DNA of 64,000 nt from a virus, in IMG/VR virus record IMGVR_UViG_3300045988_118370, positions 81,863-145,862 of that record. One strand, written 5' to 3'. A model generated the notes under the pieces. It was not told the origin of the DNA, made no database searches, and worked only from the letters and a program-made list of their open reading frames with translations. A program made the position numbers and the translations under genes. Shown one piece after another: positions 7,154 to 17,912 of this stretch; positions within the stretch are counted from its first letter, which is position 1, and each line of letters opens with the position of its first letter.

Positions 7154-8470
7154 TTAATTCGTTATTAGTTTCCATGTTGTACTATCTGTTTTTACATATA
7201 CTCTACTGTCAGGATGAGCCATATAATAAGTTAAATATACTGAACTATTTGCTGTACTATCACGATAAGGCTTAACATATATATAATAAGTAGTTCCAGC
7301 AGTAACTTTATAACAAATACCAAAATTAGCTCCAGTACCACCATATTTTTTTGCATAATCATCATCACTAACTAAAATATTAGAAGAAGGCTATCCACTA
7401 CTATTAAGAGAAGTAATATTTGATGTTAAATATCCATAAGTATCTATTGAAGAATTAGAATAAACAATAAAGTCCCCTGAAATAGTAGGAGTAAAAGAAA
7501 AATATCGACAAGTGCTTGGAGATAAAGTCCAAGAAGAGGTATTCTATTTGTTATAAGTAGGAGCAGATATTGACACAGTAGAATAAGCCCAATTTGCTAT
7601 AGACTAAATAGTAATTCTTATATAGCCATTTCCACCATGACCTGTTTCAGATGACCCTGTTGGAGAAATAAATGAAGAATTACCTGCGATAGTTGATGCA
7701 GAAGTTAAATAATAGTTACTATTTAACAAACAACCAGAAGGATAATTAGAAGCAGTGGATGAGGTATATACATAACCAGAACCTCCGCCACCATGATATT
7801 TTGTTCCACCCTGCATATTAGAGAGTGAAACAATTCCACCATACCAGCCGCCTCCTCCAGCTCCATTTATATTATAAGAAGAACTGGATGAATATCCATT
7901 TCCTCCTACTCCAAAGCTATTTCCTGAAGTTTGTGTACTTAGACCTGGACTATTAGACCCTGCTACACTACTGGTGCCCCCACCGGCATCTCCGCTTTCT
8001 GTATTAGATCCCCAAGAGGTAGCTCCGCCTCCGCCGGCGACAATTACACGAGCGTAGAGAGAGTTTGATCCAATACGAATATCAGAAGCTCCTCCACCAC
8101 CACCGCTTCGAGACATAGATCCGGAGACTCCTCCAGTACCGCCTCCATTAAATCCTCCTGTATAATCATTAGCAGAAGAAGAAATACAACCTCCTTTTCC
8201 ACCAGTATATAAATATACCGTTTGAGAGGAAGAAAGAGTTAAAATTCCCGTTGAATATCCACCTTTTCCTCCTATAGCTCCCGAAGAAGCGTCAAAACTA
8301 GAGTTACTATTAGCACCATTTCCTCCCTAAGCCCCCCAACATTCTAATTTATAAGTACCTTTTGGAAGGGCAATATTTTTATAAGTTCCACTATAAGGAC
8401 AATTTAATATATCTCCTGTTTTTAAAGAAGAAGAAGAAGGAATTGAAGAAGTTAAGTCGTAAGTTGCCAT
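7154..8470 (-). CDS. glycine-rich tail-fibre-like protein (paralog 2); 4 in-frame TAG read as sense
   Basis: Continuous 438-aa frame from ATG at 8470 (RBS AAGGAGGAG) to TAA at 7154 when TAG is sense. Motifs YKLECWGA, YLYTGG, GGGGGASDIRIG and GYIRITI are shared with the upstream paralog. Track fragments 7604..8116 and 8452..8670 are pieces of it. Confidence 0.65.
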
Positions 8471-9864
8471 GTAACGTCTCCTCCTTTCCAAGTTGTACTA
8501 TCTGTTTTTATATATATAGCTTTAGTAGGAGCATAAGTATTAGAATTGATTTTTATATTTAAAGGAGATAATACTGTAATACGAATATATCCATTTTGCC
8601 CTCCAGGATTAGTTTTACTATAGCCTATCGTAGTAGAGGCATTTGTTAAATAATAATTATTGTTTAACAAACAGCCAGAAGGATAATTAGAAGCAGTTGA
8701 TGAAGTATATACGTAGCCAGAGCCTCCCCCATTATAAGTTCTATAATCAGCAGAGCTATCACTAACATTAGTAGAAGCACCACCGCCATACCAGCCACCA
8801 CCACCACCACCGGGACCATAATTATAATTGGTAGATCCACTAGCATCAGCACCTTGACCAAAAGATCCATTTGTTCCTGCTTTAGTCTATGTAGCCTTAT
8901 ATTCTTCAACCGCAGAGTTACCCGTCAATCCGCCACCCTATTTAATAGAAGAATTACTTTCTCCCGCGCCACCACCACCACCACCGGCAACAATTACACG
9001 GGCATAAAGAGAGTCTTGACCTACGCGGATATCGGAAGCTCCTCCGCCTCCTCCACCTGATGTGTAAGCAGAAGTATACCATCTAATCCTAGAGCTACCT
9101 CCTCCATTAAATCCACCATTAACTATCTTACCTTTTTCACTATCACTTGAATAACTACCATGCCCCCCGGTGTATAAATAAATAGTGGTAGGAACTGGTA
9201 AAGAAAGAATTCCTATAGAATATCCTCCTGTTCCACCCCAATAACTATTTTTTGAACTCGCAGGAGTATAAGTAGTATTACTTTCCTATTTCTAAATCTA
9301 AAAATAAACTTCTTCATTATCCACGGAATTTGAGCTATCTTTAGTATAAGTCATTACGATAGTAGATCCTGATGATAAAGAATAAGTGCCAGTAGTAGTA
9401 AGAGAACTTGATCCAGAAACCGCATTTAAAACTGTATTTCCTCCAACAGTTAAAGTGACTTTATCATAGCTTGCTTCAGTTTTATAATAATATGAAAATT
9501 TATAAGTCCCCCCAGAAGTACAAGTTAATGTAGTTGTAGCAGTACTTGAATCTATTCCTCCGTTAGTAGCTATCCAGTCATTTCCGTCTTGACGAAAATA
9601 ATAATTTGAATCATTAACAGTAAAATAACTGGTCGCATTATGAGTTCCTATATATATCCATGAAGTTGTTGTTGATGAAGTTAAAGAACCAGAATAACCA
9701 ATTCCGCCATAGCCACCCCAACATTCTAATTGATAATTTCCCGCTGGAAGTTTTACTGGATTTACCGCTCCTGAATAGCTACTATTAATAATATCTCCTG
9801 GAATAAATTTAATAGAAGAATAATCTGTTATAGAAGTTCCAGAAGGATTATAAGTATTTGGCAT
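8452..9864 (-). CDS. glycine-rich tail-fibre-like protein (paralog 1); 5 in-frame TAG, three of them within 6 codons
   Basis: ATG at 9864 with RBS AGGAGGA. The frame continues through F-TAG-I-TAG-K-TAG-E at about 9286-9300 into a Gly-rich region with the same motifs as paralog 2. TAA at 8452. 470 aa if read through, 188 aa if the TAG cluster terminates. Confidence 0.6.
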
Positions 9865-9880
9865 TTAAATTCCTCCTCTA

Positions 9881-10435
9881 TTAAGTGAAATACTAAATCC
9901 AAATATCTCCAACATTTCCGTCTGAAGCGGTGGGAGCAGAAGTGGATACTTTAATATTTCTTAAAATATTATTGTTTAAATAAGAAGAATTAGTAGTGAC
10001 AGATAAATTAGATCCCATAGAACCATTAGTAATCTAAGCTAAGTCTAATCCTGGATTAATGGGTAAAATATAATCACCACTGGATGACCCTAATTGTATC
10101 TATCCGATAAATGCTTCATCTTTATATAGAAAATTTGCTTCTACAGCAGTATTCTAATGCCAACATCCTAATCCATTATTAGAATGTTCTTTTTTAATAT
10201 AATATTGAGTTAATTTTAATGCTCCTAAATTATTTATATTTATTGTTATATTAGTAATTGGATTTGTCGCAACATTATTCATATTTGGAATAAGGCCAAT
10301 AATCATTCCGTCTTTATATTCTTTAATAGATTTTGCGGTTCCTATGTAAGTTAATCCATCAGTAGAAGTAATTGGAATAATTTCTAAACTACCACTTCCA
10401 CTACGCATATGTTCTATTGCTTTTGGAATTGCCAT
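9881..10435 (-). CDS. hypothetical tail-associated protein; 4 in-frame TAG read as sense
   Basis: ATG at 10435 with RBS AAGGAGGT. The frame is open through 4 TAGs to TAA at 9881 (184 aa). Track fragment 10154..10435 is its N-terminus. Confidence 0.5.
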
Positions 10436-10517
10436 TTAAATGACCTCCTTATAAATTTTATTATTTCTATAAAATTTAAAAATTTATAGGTAAGTCATTA
10501 ATTTAATTTGGTTAAAT

Positions 10518-10546
10518 AAAAAAAGAGTAATGTCAAATGACATTAC
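10518..10546. terminator. perfect palindrome GAGTAATGTCA-AATGACATTACTC (bidirectional terminator candidate)
   Basis: Lies just downstream of the 10555..10860 stop and is followed by T-rich sequence. Confidence 0.5.
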
Positions 10547-10554
10547 TCTTTAGA

Positions 10555-10860
10555 TTAACTTAATCCCAATCTTGCCTTTAAATCGGCAATATTTTTCTTT
10601 TCATCTATAGTGATTTCAATTGGGGTTTCTCCGCCTGCAGTTGCCCCATCTTCAAAATTCAAAACATTTGAATCCGCGGTTGCACCTGCTTCACCGATCG
10701 GAGTCTTTGGGCACGTCATACTAATAGCAATCTGAATTCGCTCACCATTTTCATTAGCCCAAAGATAATACTTTTTATCTCGCTCGCCGATCCAATCAGC
10801 GCCAAATACTTCCGCCATTTTCTTAGCGATTTGTTCCTTAGCTACTGCACCTTTAGCCAT
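10555..10860 (-). CDS. hypothetical protein (101 aa)
   Basis: ORF MAKGAVAKEQIAKKMAEVFGADW..., TAA stop. RBS not inspected. Confidence 0.55.
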   Translation of the reverse strand: MAKGAVAKEQIAKKMAEVFGADWIGERDKKYYLWANENGERIQIAISMTCPKTPIGEAGATADSNVLNFEDGATAGGETPIEITIDEKKNIADLKARLGLS

Positions 10861-10872
10861 ATCTAATTCTCC

Positions 10873-12306
10873 TTAACTAAAATTATGTATAAAGTCTTTT
10901 AAAGACCTAAAATTATTAACTTTTTCTTCACCAGCATCTCTAAAGCACCAAGGACATAAATACATATCAGTCCCTTTATGATAGTGAATATCTTCTGTAT
11001 AATATAAATTATTACAACATTCGCATCGTTTACAATAAGTATCCGCACAACTATCGCAAACTAATTCATTCTCATCGCCTACGGAATTTGCTTCATCAAG
11101 AATTATACGAGAACCGCAACAAGCGCAATAACCATAGTTATCGTCTTCATTTACTCCATAACTGAATTCACAATCTCCGCATCGCATATATTCTCCACTT
11201 TCAATTATAGTTTTACCGCATTGTAAACAAGGAACATCACCACCAATAGACCAATGAGGAAGATCAGTCTTGTCAAATGGATAATAATACAATTTTAAAC
11301 TATAAATAGGCAAATAGCAAGAAGAATAAAGCAAATCATTATATTGAAGAGTATGCTCACCAATATCTTCAACGATATCACTAATAGGATATAAACGAGA
11401 CAAAATAGGAATCCATGTTTCAGATAATCCGATAGTCTCTTCTCCAAAAGGAGTGCTACTCATCCTATTAGAGACAGTAGTAATACCTCCGTCTACCCAT
11501 TCACGCAACTGAAAAGTCTTATCAAAAGTATTGATAATATCTTTAATTTTTATTAAAGCATTAGTTGTCATAAAAGGATATTGGCGACCAGCCATCAAAC
11601 CGCGTCGTTTATCTTCCATGTAAAGAAGCATACGCCATTTCTTAGAATTCCAAAGAACGTCTTCGGGGAAATGCGGAAGTTTCTGATTCTCCGCTCCGCG
11701 CAAATAGCAAATAAAAGTGCTTCTATCTACCATGTAAGATAAATTTCCTGCTCTGTATTCACCATCAAGCGCATGACAAGAACGCCAATTATAAGTATTT
11801 TCACTCACGCTCAGAAAATCCAAAGGATGAACTGAGAAACATAATGTTCCCTCAATCTTGTCCTCTTGGATAATACGACTTGCGTAATTTTGAATATCTT
11901 CCAAAGAGCGCGGATTCTCTTCAAAATACTTAAAAGCCTTAACTAATTTCATTCCTCTTGGAATCTTTTTATCCTTATAAAAATAAGTATCTATAACTGT
12001 ATTATTAAAGAATCCTTCTTTATTTACTGAAATAAAATCTTTTAAGTCTTCATTATTATAAGTATAATTAATTGTTTCAAGAAACTCCTCAAGACGATGC
12101 TCTTTAGTTTTATCATCTAAAGAAAAAGATACCTTTTCCGGCCATTCATAAATTAAATGACCGTGAAAAAATTTAATTAAGTCTTTTTTGGCTTTGAGGA
12201 ATCTTTCGAATAGTTCTTCTGTTTTTGGATTACTGATTCCTTGGGAGTAACTGATGACTTTGTTGAACTGTTCTCTAATGCTTTCGATGTCGAAGTCATA
12301 TGACAT
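10873..12306 (-). CDS. large paralog A of an unknown family with SVHPLD...W-SC core and a Cys-rich C-terminus (possibly PcfJ-like)
   Basis: Start at MSYDFDIE with RBS GGAGG 7 nt upstream; the track start at 12327 has no RBS. Core LCFSVHPLDFLSVSENTYNWRSCH is shared with the 14814..16418 protein. C-terminal CxxC clusters. Confidence 0.65.
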   Translation of the reverse strand: MSYDFDIESIREQFNKVISYSQGISNPKTEELFERFLKAKKDLIKFFHGHLIYEWPEKVSFSLDDKTKEHRLEEFLETINYTYNNEDLKDFISVNKEGFFNNTVIDTYFYKDKKIPRGMKLVKAFKYFEENPRSLEDIQNYASRIIQEDKIEGTLCFSVHPLDFLSVSENTYNWRSCHALDGEYRAGNLSYMVDRSTFICYLRGAENQKLPHFPEDVLWNSKKWRMLLYMEDKRRGLMAGRQYPFMTTNALIKIKDIINTFDKTFQLREWVDGGITTVSNRMSSTPFGEETIGLSETWIPILSRLYPISDIVEDIGEHTLQYNDLLYSSCYLPIYSLKLYYYPFDKTDLPHWSIGGDVPCLQCGKTIIESGEYMRCGDCEFSYGVNEDDNYGYCACCGSRIILDEANSVGDENELVCDSCADTYCKRCECCNNLYYTEDIHYHKGTDMYLCPWCFRDAGEEKVNNFRSLKDFIHNFS

Positions 12307-13283
12307 TTGACTAATCCTCCAATACAATCTTTACAATACTCGCTGTGTGGGTTCGCAGGGTCAATTTCAAATGCCTCTTCACACTCCGCACACCATTCAA
12401 CATTACTGGGAATACAATCAGGACAATAAAAACATGTATGTCCATCTAATCCCTTTACTGGAAATGTTTCATACTCACTAAATAGCTGACCGCATCCTCT
12501 ACAATGAACGTAGAATCCATCGCCATCAGTTGGAAAATTCTTACAAATATTATCGAACCAAATATTATGATAATTACGATAATACTCAAAATTAGGGATA
12601 TCTTTCTCTTGGAGCATGCGGATTACCTTATTAATCGTATCAAAAAGAGCGCCCGCATTTAATGTTTCAACATGACTATGTTCATTCTTGTATCCAACTG
12701 AAAGATTTACACCACAAATTTTCCATTCAGGACATAAAACACTAATATCACTAAACGTGCCAAAATCCTCTACAAATCCAAAAGATTCAATGTAATCAAT
12801 GAATTTAGGATTGTAAAGGTCGTAAAATACACAATCATTTGTGCCTTGTCTATCCAACTGAATAATATATTTCAAATCAGGAAATGGACACTCAAAATAT
12901 TGTAATACTAATGCTTCGGCGCCTAATCCACCAATTTCTTCATCAGTGGTAAAAATAATAGAAGGGCGCAAAGATGTATTCCTCAAAATATGAAGAATCG
13001 CATATACTCCTGCTCTATCATCTGCACCAAGACCTTCAGGTGACCAAAGCACATTTTTTCTTGTGTCATAATATAAATCTTTGACCGGTTTCTCAAACAC
13101 GGTATCAAGATGAGCCACTAAGGCAATCGGAATATCGCCAACCGCACAAACATACTCTTTAGTAATAACTACTTCAGAATATTTAGATTTCAATACATCG
13201 GCAACATATTCCCTTAACTCATCTTGCGTCGAGCGAACCAGATATTCAAATAACCAAAGTTCATTAGTTTTAAAACCTCTCAC
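12177..13283 (-). CDS. MH-clan (M20/M28/M42-like) zinc metallopeptidase-like protein with C-terminal zinc-ribbon
   Basis: Motifs HLDTV, GADDRAG, TDEEIGG, QLD and EHSH fit the His/Asp/Glu-Glu/Asp/His metal ligands. The C-terminal CxxC pairs and low-complexity tail overlap the next gene by about 130 nt. Confidence 0.6.
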   Translation of the reverse strand: MRGFKTNELWLFEYLVRSTQDELREYVADVLKSKYSEVVITKEYVCAVGDIPIALVAHLDTVFEKPVKDLYYDTRKNVLWSPEGLGADDRAGVYAILHILRNTSLRPSIIFTTDEEIGGLGAEALVLQYFECPFPDLKYIIQLDRQGTNDCVFYDLYNPKFIDYIESFGFVEDFGTFSDISVLCPEWKICGVNLSVGYKNEHSHVETLNAGALFDTINKVIRMLQEKDIPNFEYYRNYHNIWFDNICKNFPTDGDGFYVHCRGCGQLFSEYETFPVKGLDGHTCFYCPDCIPSNVEWCAECEEAFEIDPANPHSEYCKDCIGGLVKCHMTSTSKALENSSTKSSVTPKESVIQKQKNYSKDSSKPKKT

Positions 13284-13334
13284 AGTTTATTCTCCTATCT
13301 TTTATCTTATATTTATATTATAACATTATTTTTT

Positions 13335-14135
13335 TTATTTGTCAATTGAGTCCTCTTCCGCCTCGGGGATAGGATTATTCTGCTTACTTGCTTGAACGGC
13401 TTTATCTATAACACGAGAGAATATAAATGCGGTTTCACAATAATGGCACGTCCCTTGTCGTTGACAGCGCTGACCGCAATTGATGCGGTTGGGGCCAAAA
13501 TCTTCGGGGATTCCACGATTATCCGCATTATAATTTAGATTGGTTAATAAAAGGTTTAGATTACCTTGCCAATGACCGCTTTGGTAGATATCCAAAAGCA
13601 CAGCTTCTTTGGAGAGTGCGGGCTCGTCAAATTCTAAAGTTGAGACATATGTTCCATAATAATCTACGTCTTCCGGTCGGACGTAGGAACCGCATATTCC
13701 ATTTTCTCTTGGAAGATTATCGTCATAGCATTTATTCGCAATCATACGAATTGGGACTTTTGCTTGCTGATTTAATTGTCTCAAATCAAATGTAAGTGGT
13801 GCCCCGATGAAAAGTTCGCTAACTTTAAGATCAAGGAGAACGCGGACTTCTGCCCATGTAGTAGCGGGATAAGCGAAATAATACTTTACATCAATATTAC
13901 ATCCATTACGAGTAAGCATATCTTCAAATGCTACAATAAGATCGACTTTATCCTTAAAGGAATCAATCTCTTCCCAATTCACTTCTTCGTTTTTGCGGAT
14001 TCTGATAATATATCGCTTATTAGGAAATTTCTAAATCATATCATACATAATGTTTATATCATTATAATTAACCATAAGCTCATCAGCCTTCTCACGAACA
14101 ACATCAGGTTGACGCACAGAAACACAATATTTCAA
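13335..14135 (-). CDS. hypothetical protein with one in-frame TAG; probable TTG start
   Basis: TTGACA-N17-TATAAT promoter at about 14150-14190 and AAGGAG RBS, then TTG at about 14133-14135. The frame continues through TAG at about 14031-14033 into the track ORF 13335..13982. TAA stop. Confidence 0.45.
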
Positions 14136-14306
14136 ATTATATCACTCCTTTATAATATAATTATAACAAAAAACTCTAATTTTGTCAAGAAAATTCTAAA
14201 CGGCTTTTTACTTTTGGACTTTCGGTATATGCGACCAGCACCGGTCGGAGCAGATAACAAGAAAAAATGGACTGAAAAATTTTCAGTCCATTTAATCATT
14301 TAATTC

Positions 14307-14723
14307 TTAGTCCTCAGCGACAATCTTGCGATAAGCCACTTTCTTGGAAGCCTTACCGCCATCAGCGCCCGGAACAGAAACCTCAGTCTTCTCCGCGCGG
14401 TTCTCGCTCACAAGAGTGCGGAGTCGATAGCTTGCTTTCTGTGCGGAGACACTCTCATCGCCGAGAGCCTTGACGATCTCAGGAATGGTCATAAACTCAT
14501 CGTCATAAAGAACATTATAAATCTGCTCAGTCAGCTCATCGCCCTCAGCACGCTTGGCGGCCGCACGCTCCTTAGCCTTGGCAGTCTTCTTATCAAGCAG
14601 CTCAATCTCATGCTCGCAAAATGCGATCACGTCATTGGGATCATACTTGATCTCACCAGTGTGCATAGCTCCGATAATCGCGGTCAGATAATCGCGCTTA
14701 GAAACCTTAACTTCATTAGTCAT
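14307..14723 (-). CDS. hypothetical protein, family-1 paralog (putative winged-helix C-terminal domain)
   Basis: 138 aa. Shares the pattern KRD..HEIELL..KK and a C-terminal helix-rich region with 35275..35652 and 37898..38278. Confidence 0.55.
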   Translation of the reverse strand: MTNEVKVSKRDYLTAIIGAMHTGEIKYDPNDVIAFCEHEIELLDKKTAKAKERAAAKRAEGDELTEQIYNVLYDDEFMTIPEIVKALGDESVSAQKASYRLRTLVSENRAEKTEVSVPGADGGKASKKVAYRKIVAED

Positions 14724-14813
14724 AATTTTTACCTTAACCTTTCATAAATAACAATTTTATTTTTAGGAAGTATCTCTTCCTTTACCTTACATAAATATTA
14801 TATATTATTTTTT

Positions 14814-16418
14814 TTAAAAAATCAAAGAAGGTCTTTGATTTGGGTTAGTGCCATTCACCCAAGAAATAAATTCCTCTTCATTAATGTCAAAGAGGTCTCT
14901 GCCCTTTTCCGTGAGAGTTTCTCCATCGACATAATAATTAGAGCGCCAACCGTCTCTTTCTTCTTCAATTTCACCAGTGAAGAAGGTTTTTACTTTTTTA
15001 TCTCCACAACAATCCCAACAAATATCCGCATAGAATCCAACTGGCTTCTTTTGGAATCGAAGACGGATTTGCTTCATATCATCATAATCTTTACGAACTT
15101 CACAACAAGGACAAACTTCTGTGCTTTCATCATAACAATAAGCGCAGTAAGTTTTTCCATCGACATTATAAGTGTCATCGACATAAACAATATCGCCACA
15201 CTTATCGCACTTTACTGCACCCGAGCAACTTGGACAGATAGTCATTTCCGCGTTATTCTCTCTATCATCGAAGAGAGAATCATCAAGAAGCTCTCCACAA
15301 CACATACACTCAGATTCACCCGAGTAGTTAAGATCAATGTTTTCGTCCGTAGGAATCTTAGTGGAAACGTAAGCATTATGCTCTGAATAGATATCGTTAT
15401 ACATGAAATTGGTATCAAGATTGAAATAAATATTTCTATCAAACTCACCAATAATATTATTACTGTAATTCTGAATCTTATTTAAATACTTGGTATAAGG
15501 ACCAAAGCCAAGATTCTGTTCAGCGAGCTTCTTGATCCAAGCGAGACAAATACTTTCAAGGTTATCATTACAATAAGGATAACCCTTGATACCAAGGATA
15601 AGACTTTCATCTACGATGAAAAGTTCACGCCAGCGCTTGCTATTCCACATCACAGGCTTACCAACCTTATAACAAATTTCCATGTCCTTATCAGATTTAA
15701 GATAAGCTTCAAGGATAATGGGAGAATTCATCATCTCAACGGTTCCCTGACGATATTCGCCACCACCATTCTGCCATCTCATACAAGAATCCCAACCGCA
15801 ATTATTATCACTCATAGTGATATAATCAAGAGGATGAACAGAAAGACAAAGTTCACCAGAAATATTTTTCTGATTGAGGAACTGAGAATGAGCGATACGG
15901 AACTTTTCATAAACATCGCGGTCAATCTCCAAAATATCACTCAGCTTACCAAGCATCTTACTAAGCTTCATGCCCTTATTAATCATAAGAGTTTTATTAT
16001 TATAAGTGAATTTAAAAGATTCACCATCATAGATGTTAGACATTAAAGGTTCAACATCCAAAAGACTTGCCAAATTAAGATACTGAGTATTAGAGATGGT
16101 TGTCCTGAGATAAAGATCTCTTACCTTATTATTAAAGGTATTTCGGAATTCGAAACCATCACCATTTCTACCGAAATAATCATAATAATCATCACTCATC
16201 TCTTCATAAGAACGAGAATAACTTACCTTACGAGAAATGATAAGATTATCTCCCAACATCTTATAAAGATTCTGCTTATTATAAGCCCAAAAGCGGAGAA
16301 TGTAGTCGAGAGATGCCTTCATATCGGAACTATCTCCGCCGAGGCCCGCAAAATTACGAATATACTCTTCAATCTTTTCGCAATCTTCTTTGGAAAGGAG
16401 CTCAAATAAATTAGCCAT
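14814..16418 (-). CDS. large paralog B of the SVHPLD...W-SC family (possibly PcfJ-like) with a Cys-rich C-terminus
   Basis: 534 aa. Core GELCLSVHPLDYITMSDNNCGWDSCMRWQNGGGEYRQG. C-terminal Cys clusters. Own promoter and RBS. Confidence 0.7.
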   Translation of the reverse strand: MANLFELLSKEDCEKIEEYIRNFAGLGGDSSDMKASLDYILRFWAYNKQNLYKMLGDNLIISRKVSYSRSYEEMSDDYYDYFGRNGDGFEFRNTFNNKVRDLYLRTTISNTQYLNLASLLDVEPLMSNIYDGESFKFTYNNKTLMINKGMKLSKMLGKLSDILEIDRDVYEKFRIAHSQFLNQKNISGELCLSVHPLDYITMSDNNCGWDSCMRWQNGGGEYRQGTVEMMNSPIILEAYLKSDKDMEICYKVGKPVMWNSKRWRELFIVDESLILGIKGYPYCNDNLESICLAWIKKLAEQNLGFGPYTKYLNKIQNYSNNIIGEFDRNIYFNLDTNFMYNDIYSEHNAYVSTKIPTDENIDLNYSGESECMCCGELLDDSLFDDRENNAEMTICPSCSGAVKCDKCGDIVYVDDTYNVDGKTYCAYCYDESTEVCPCCEVRKDYDDMKQIRLRFQKKPVGFYADICWDCCGDKKVKTFFTGEIEEERDGWRSNYYVDGETLTEKGRDLFDINEEEFISWVNGTNPNQRPSLIF

Positions 16419-16482
16419 ATCTTATCAACCTCTTTTTAATATCTTTCTTAACTTTATATATATATTATAATATATTTTTTTA

Positions 16483-16525
16483 TAAAAATAAAGAAAGCCC
16501 TTTGCGGTCAATCAAAGGGCTTTCT
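16483..16525. terminator. hairpin GAAAGCCCTTTG-cggtcaat-CAAAGGGCTTTC
   Basis: Perfect 12-bp stem between convergently arranged gene ends. Confidence 0.55.
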
Positions 16526-16547
16526 TGCGAAAGGGGTTTTATTATAT

Positions 16548-17912
16548 TTACTTACAAAGATTACCCATGAACATGAGCGGAAGAAGATCATCCGCGTTCT
16601 TGGAATCCTTCATAAGGAAATACATCATCATAGGATTCTTAGAGAAATCCATACCACTCTGACCACCCATCATAGAGAGCATCAGCATGGTGTTCATGTC
16701 GAACTCACCACTATTCTCACTCATCATGAGGAAGGGAAGCATATTGCCGAACGGCGCATCCGGAGTGGGCGCATCAGAAGTCATGTTAAAGAGAGACACG
16801 ACCTTCGTTGCGAAGTTGAAACCAAACGGAGACTTGGTAAGCAGAATCTTCTTCTCCTCACCGGCCTGCGGATCAATCGCAGTCATACCCGTTTCAGCAA
16901 CCTCAGTCACAAACATCGCCTTGCGGTTGTGGATCACAATGTCGCCGACCTTAACGTCCTTGATGGCAACCGGCATCTTGTAAAGGAACTTACCGCCATC
17001 AAAGTTGAAGATATCGACGTCGATAATCTCCTTACTCTCAGGGTTGTAAGAAACCCAAGTGCCATTCGCGTTCTTCACGGCCAGGCCATACATAGACATA
17101 CGAATGTTATCAGTGGTGCAGGGGCCAAAATCAAAATTAAACGCCTTCATTTTCTTATTTCCTTTCTTATTATCAACATTATTGTTAAATGTATTTTGTT
17201 CGTTCAAAACTTTATTGATTCGATCATCAATATAATCGTTATCAATCATGGCACACTTATCTTTAATTGCGTCAATTTGACTACCACCGAGTGTAATTGT
17301 ATCAGGGGCAGAAGCGAGAGTAGTAGCAAAAATTGCGTTAGAATCAATTGAAGCAACCTTTCCAGTCATGCAATCATCATCAGAGACTACTGTAATAGGT
17401 GTGGCATTTAACTCTCCAAGAATCTTCTGGGCTTCTTCATCAGAAATAGTATTCGCGCAAGAAAATTCTGTGCTCCATATTCCCTTGTCATACACTTTGA
17501 TATAATCAAGGTCATCGCGGGTTTTGCTTATATCGTTATTCTTTTCAACAGTCTTCTTTGCCCTACGCATCTTATATTCAAGAAACTTTTCCGAACATTC
17601 AATCGCATAATCATTTGTAAAAATATTACAAACATTATCAACTAAGTATTCACCAAAAGAACCATCAATACCGTCAGCAAAGAAAGAATTCATAATATAA
17701 GTATCAGGAAAAATATCAAAGAAAATTTTACCATTAAGGTCAGATTTGACAACAATCCTAACACTATTTTTAGTAGTCTTTAATTTACGCCAAAAGACGT
17801 AATCAAGCTTATGATACTTACCATCTTGAACTGCTTGACTAAATTTATCTAAGACTTTATCAAAGACATTAGGTGGGAATTTATAAGTTCCCATTACATT
17901 AGATTCAGCCAT
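16548..17912 (-). CDS. hypothetical protein (454 aa) with a Met-rich C-terminus
   Basis: Long ORF with TAA stop. C-terminal MLMLSMMGGQSGMDF...PMMMYFLM. Confidence 0.6.
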   Translation of the reverse strand: MAESNVMGTYKFPPNVFDKVLDKFSQAVQDGKYHKLDYVFWRKLKTTKNSVRIVVKSDLNGKIFFDIFPDTYIMNSFFADGIDGSFGEYLVDNVCNIFTNDYAIECSEKFLEYKMRRAKKTVEKNNDISKTRDDLDYIKVYDKGIWSTEFSCANTISDEEAQKILGELNATPITVVSDDDCMTGKVASIDSNAIFATTLASAPDTITLGGSQIDAIKDKCAMIDNDYIDDRINKVLNEQNTFNNNVDNKKGNKKMKAFNFDFGPCTTDNIRMSMYGLAVKNANGTWVSYNPESKEIIDVDIFNFDGGKFLYKMPVAIKDVKVGDIVIHNRKAMFVTEVAETGMTAIDPQAGEEKKILLTKSPFGFNFATKVVSLFNMTSDAPTPDAPFGNMLPFLMMSENSGEFDMNTMLMLSMMGGQSGMDFSKNPMMMYFLMKDSKNADDLLPLMFMGNLCK

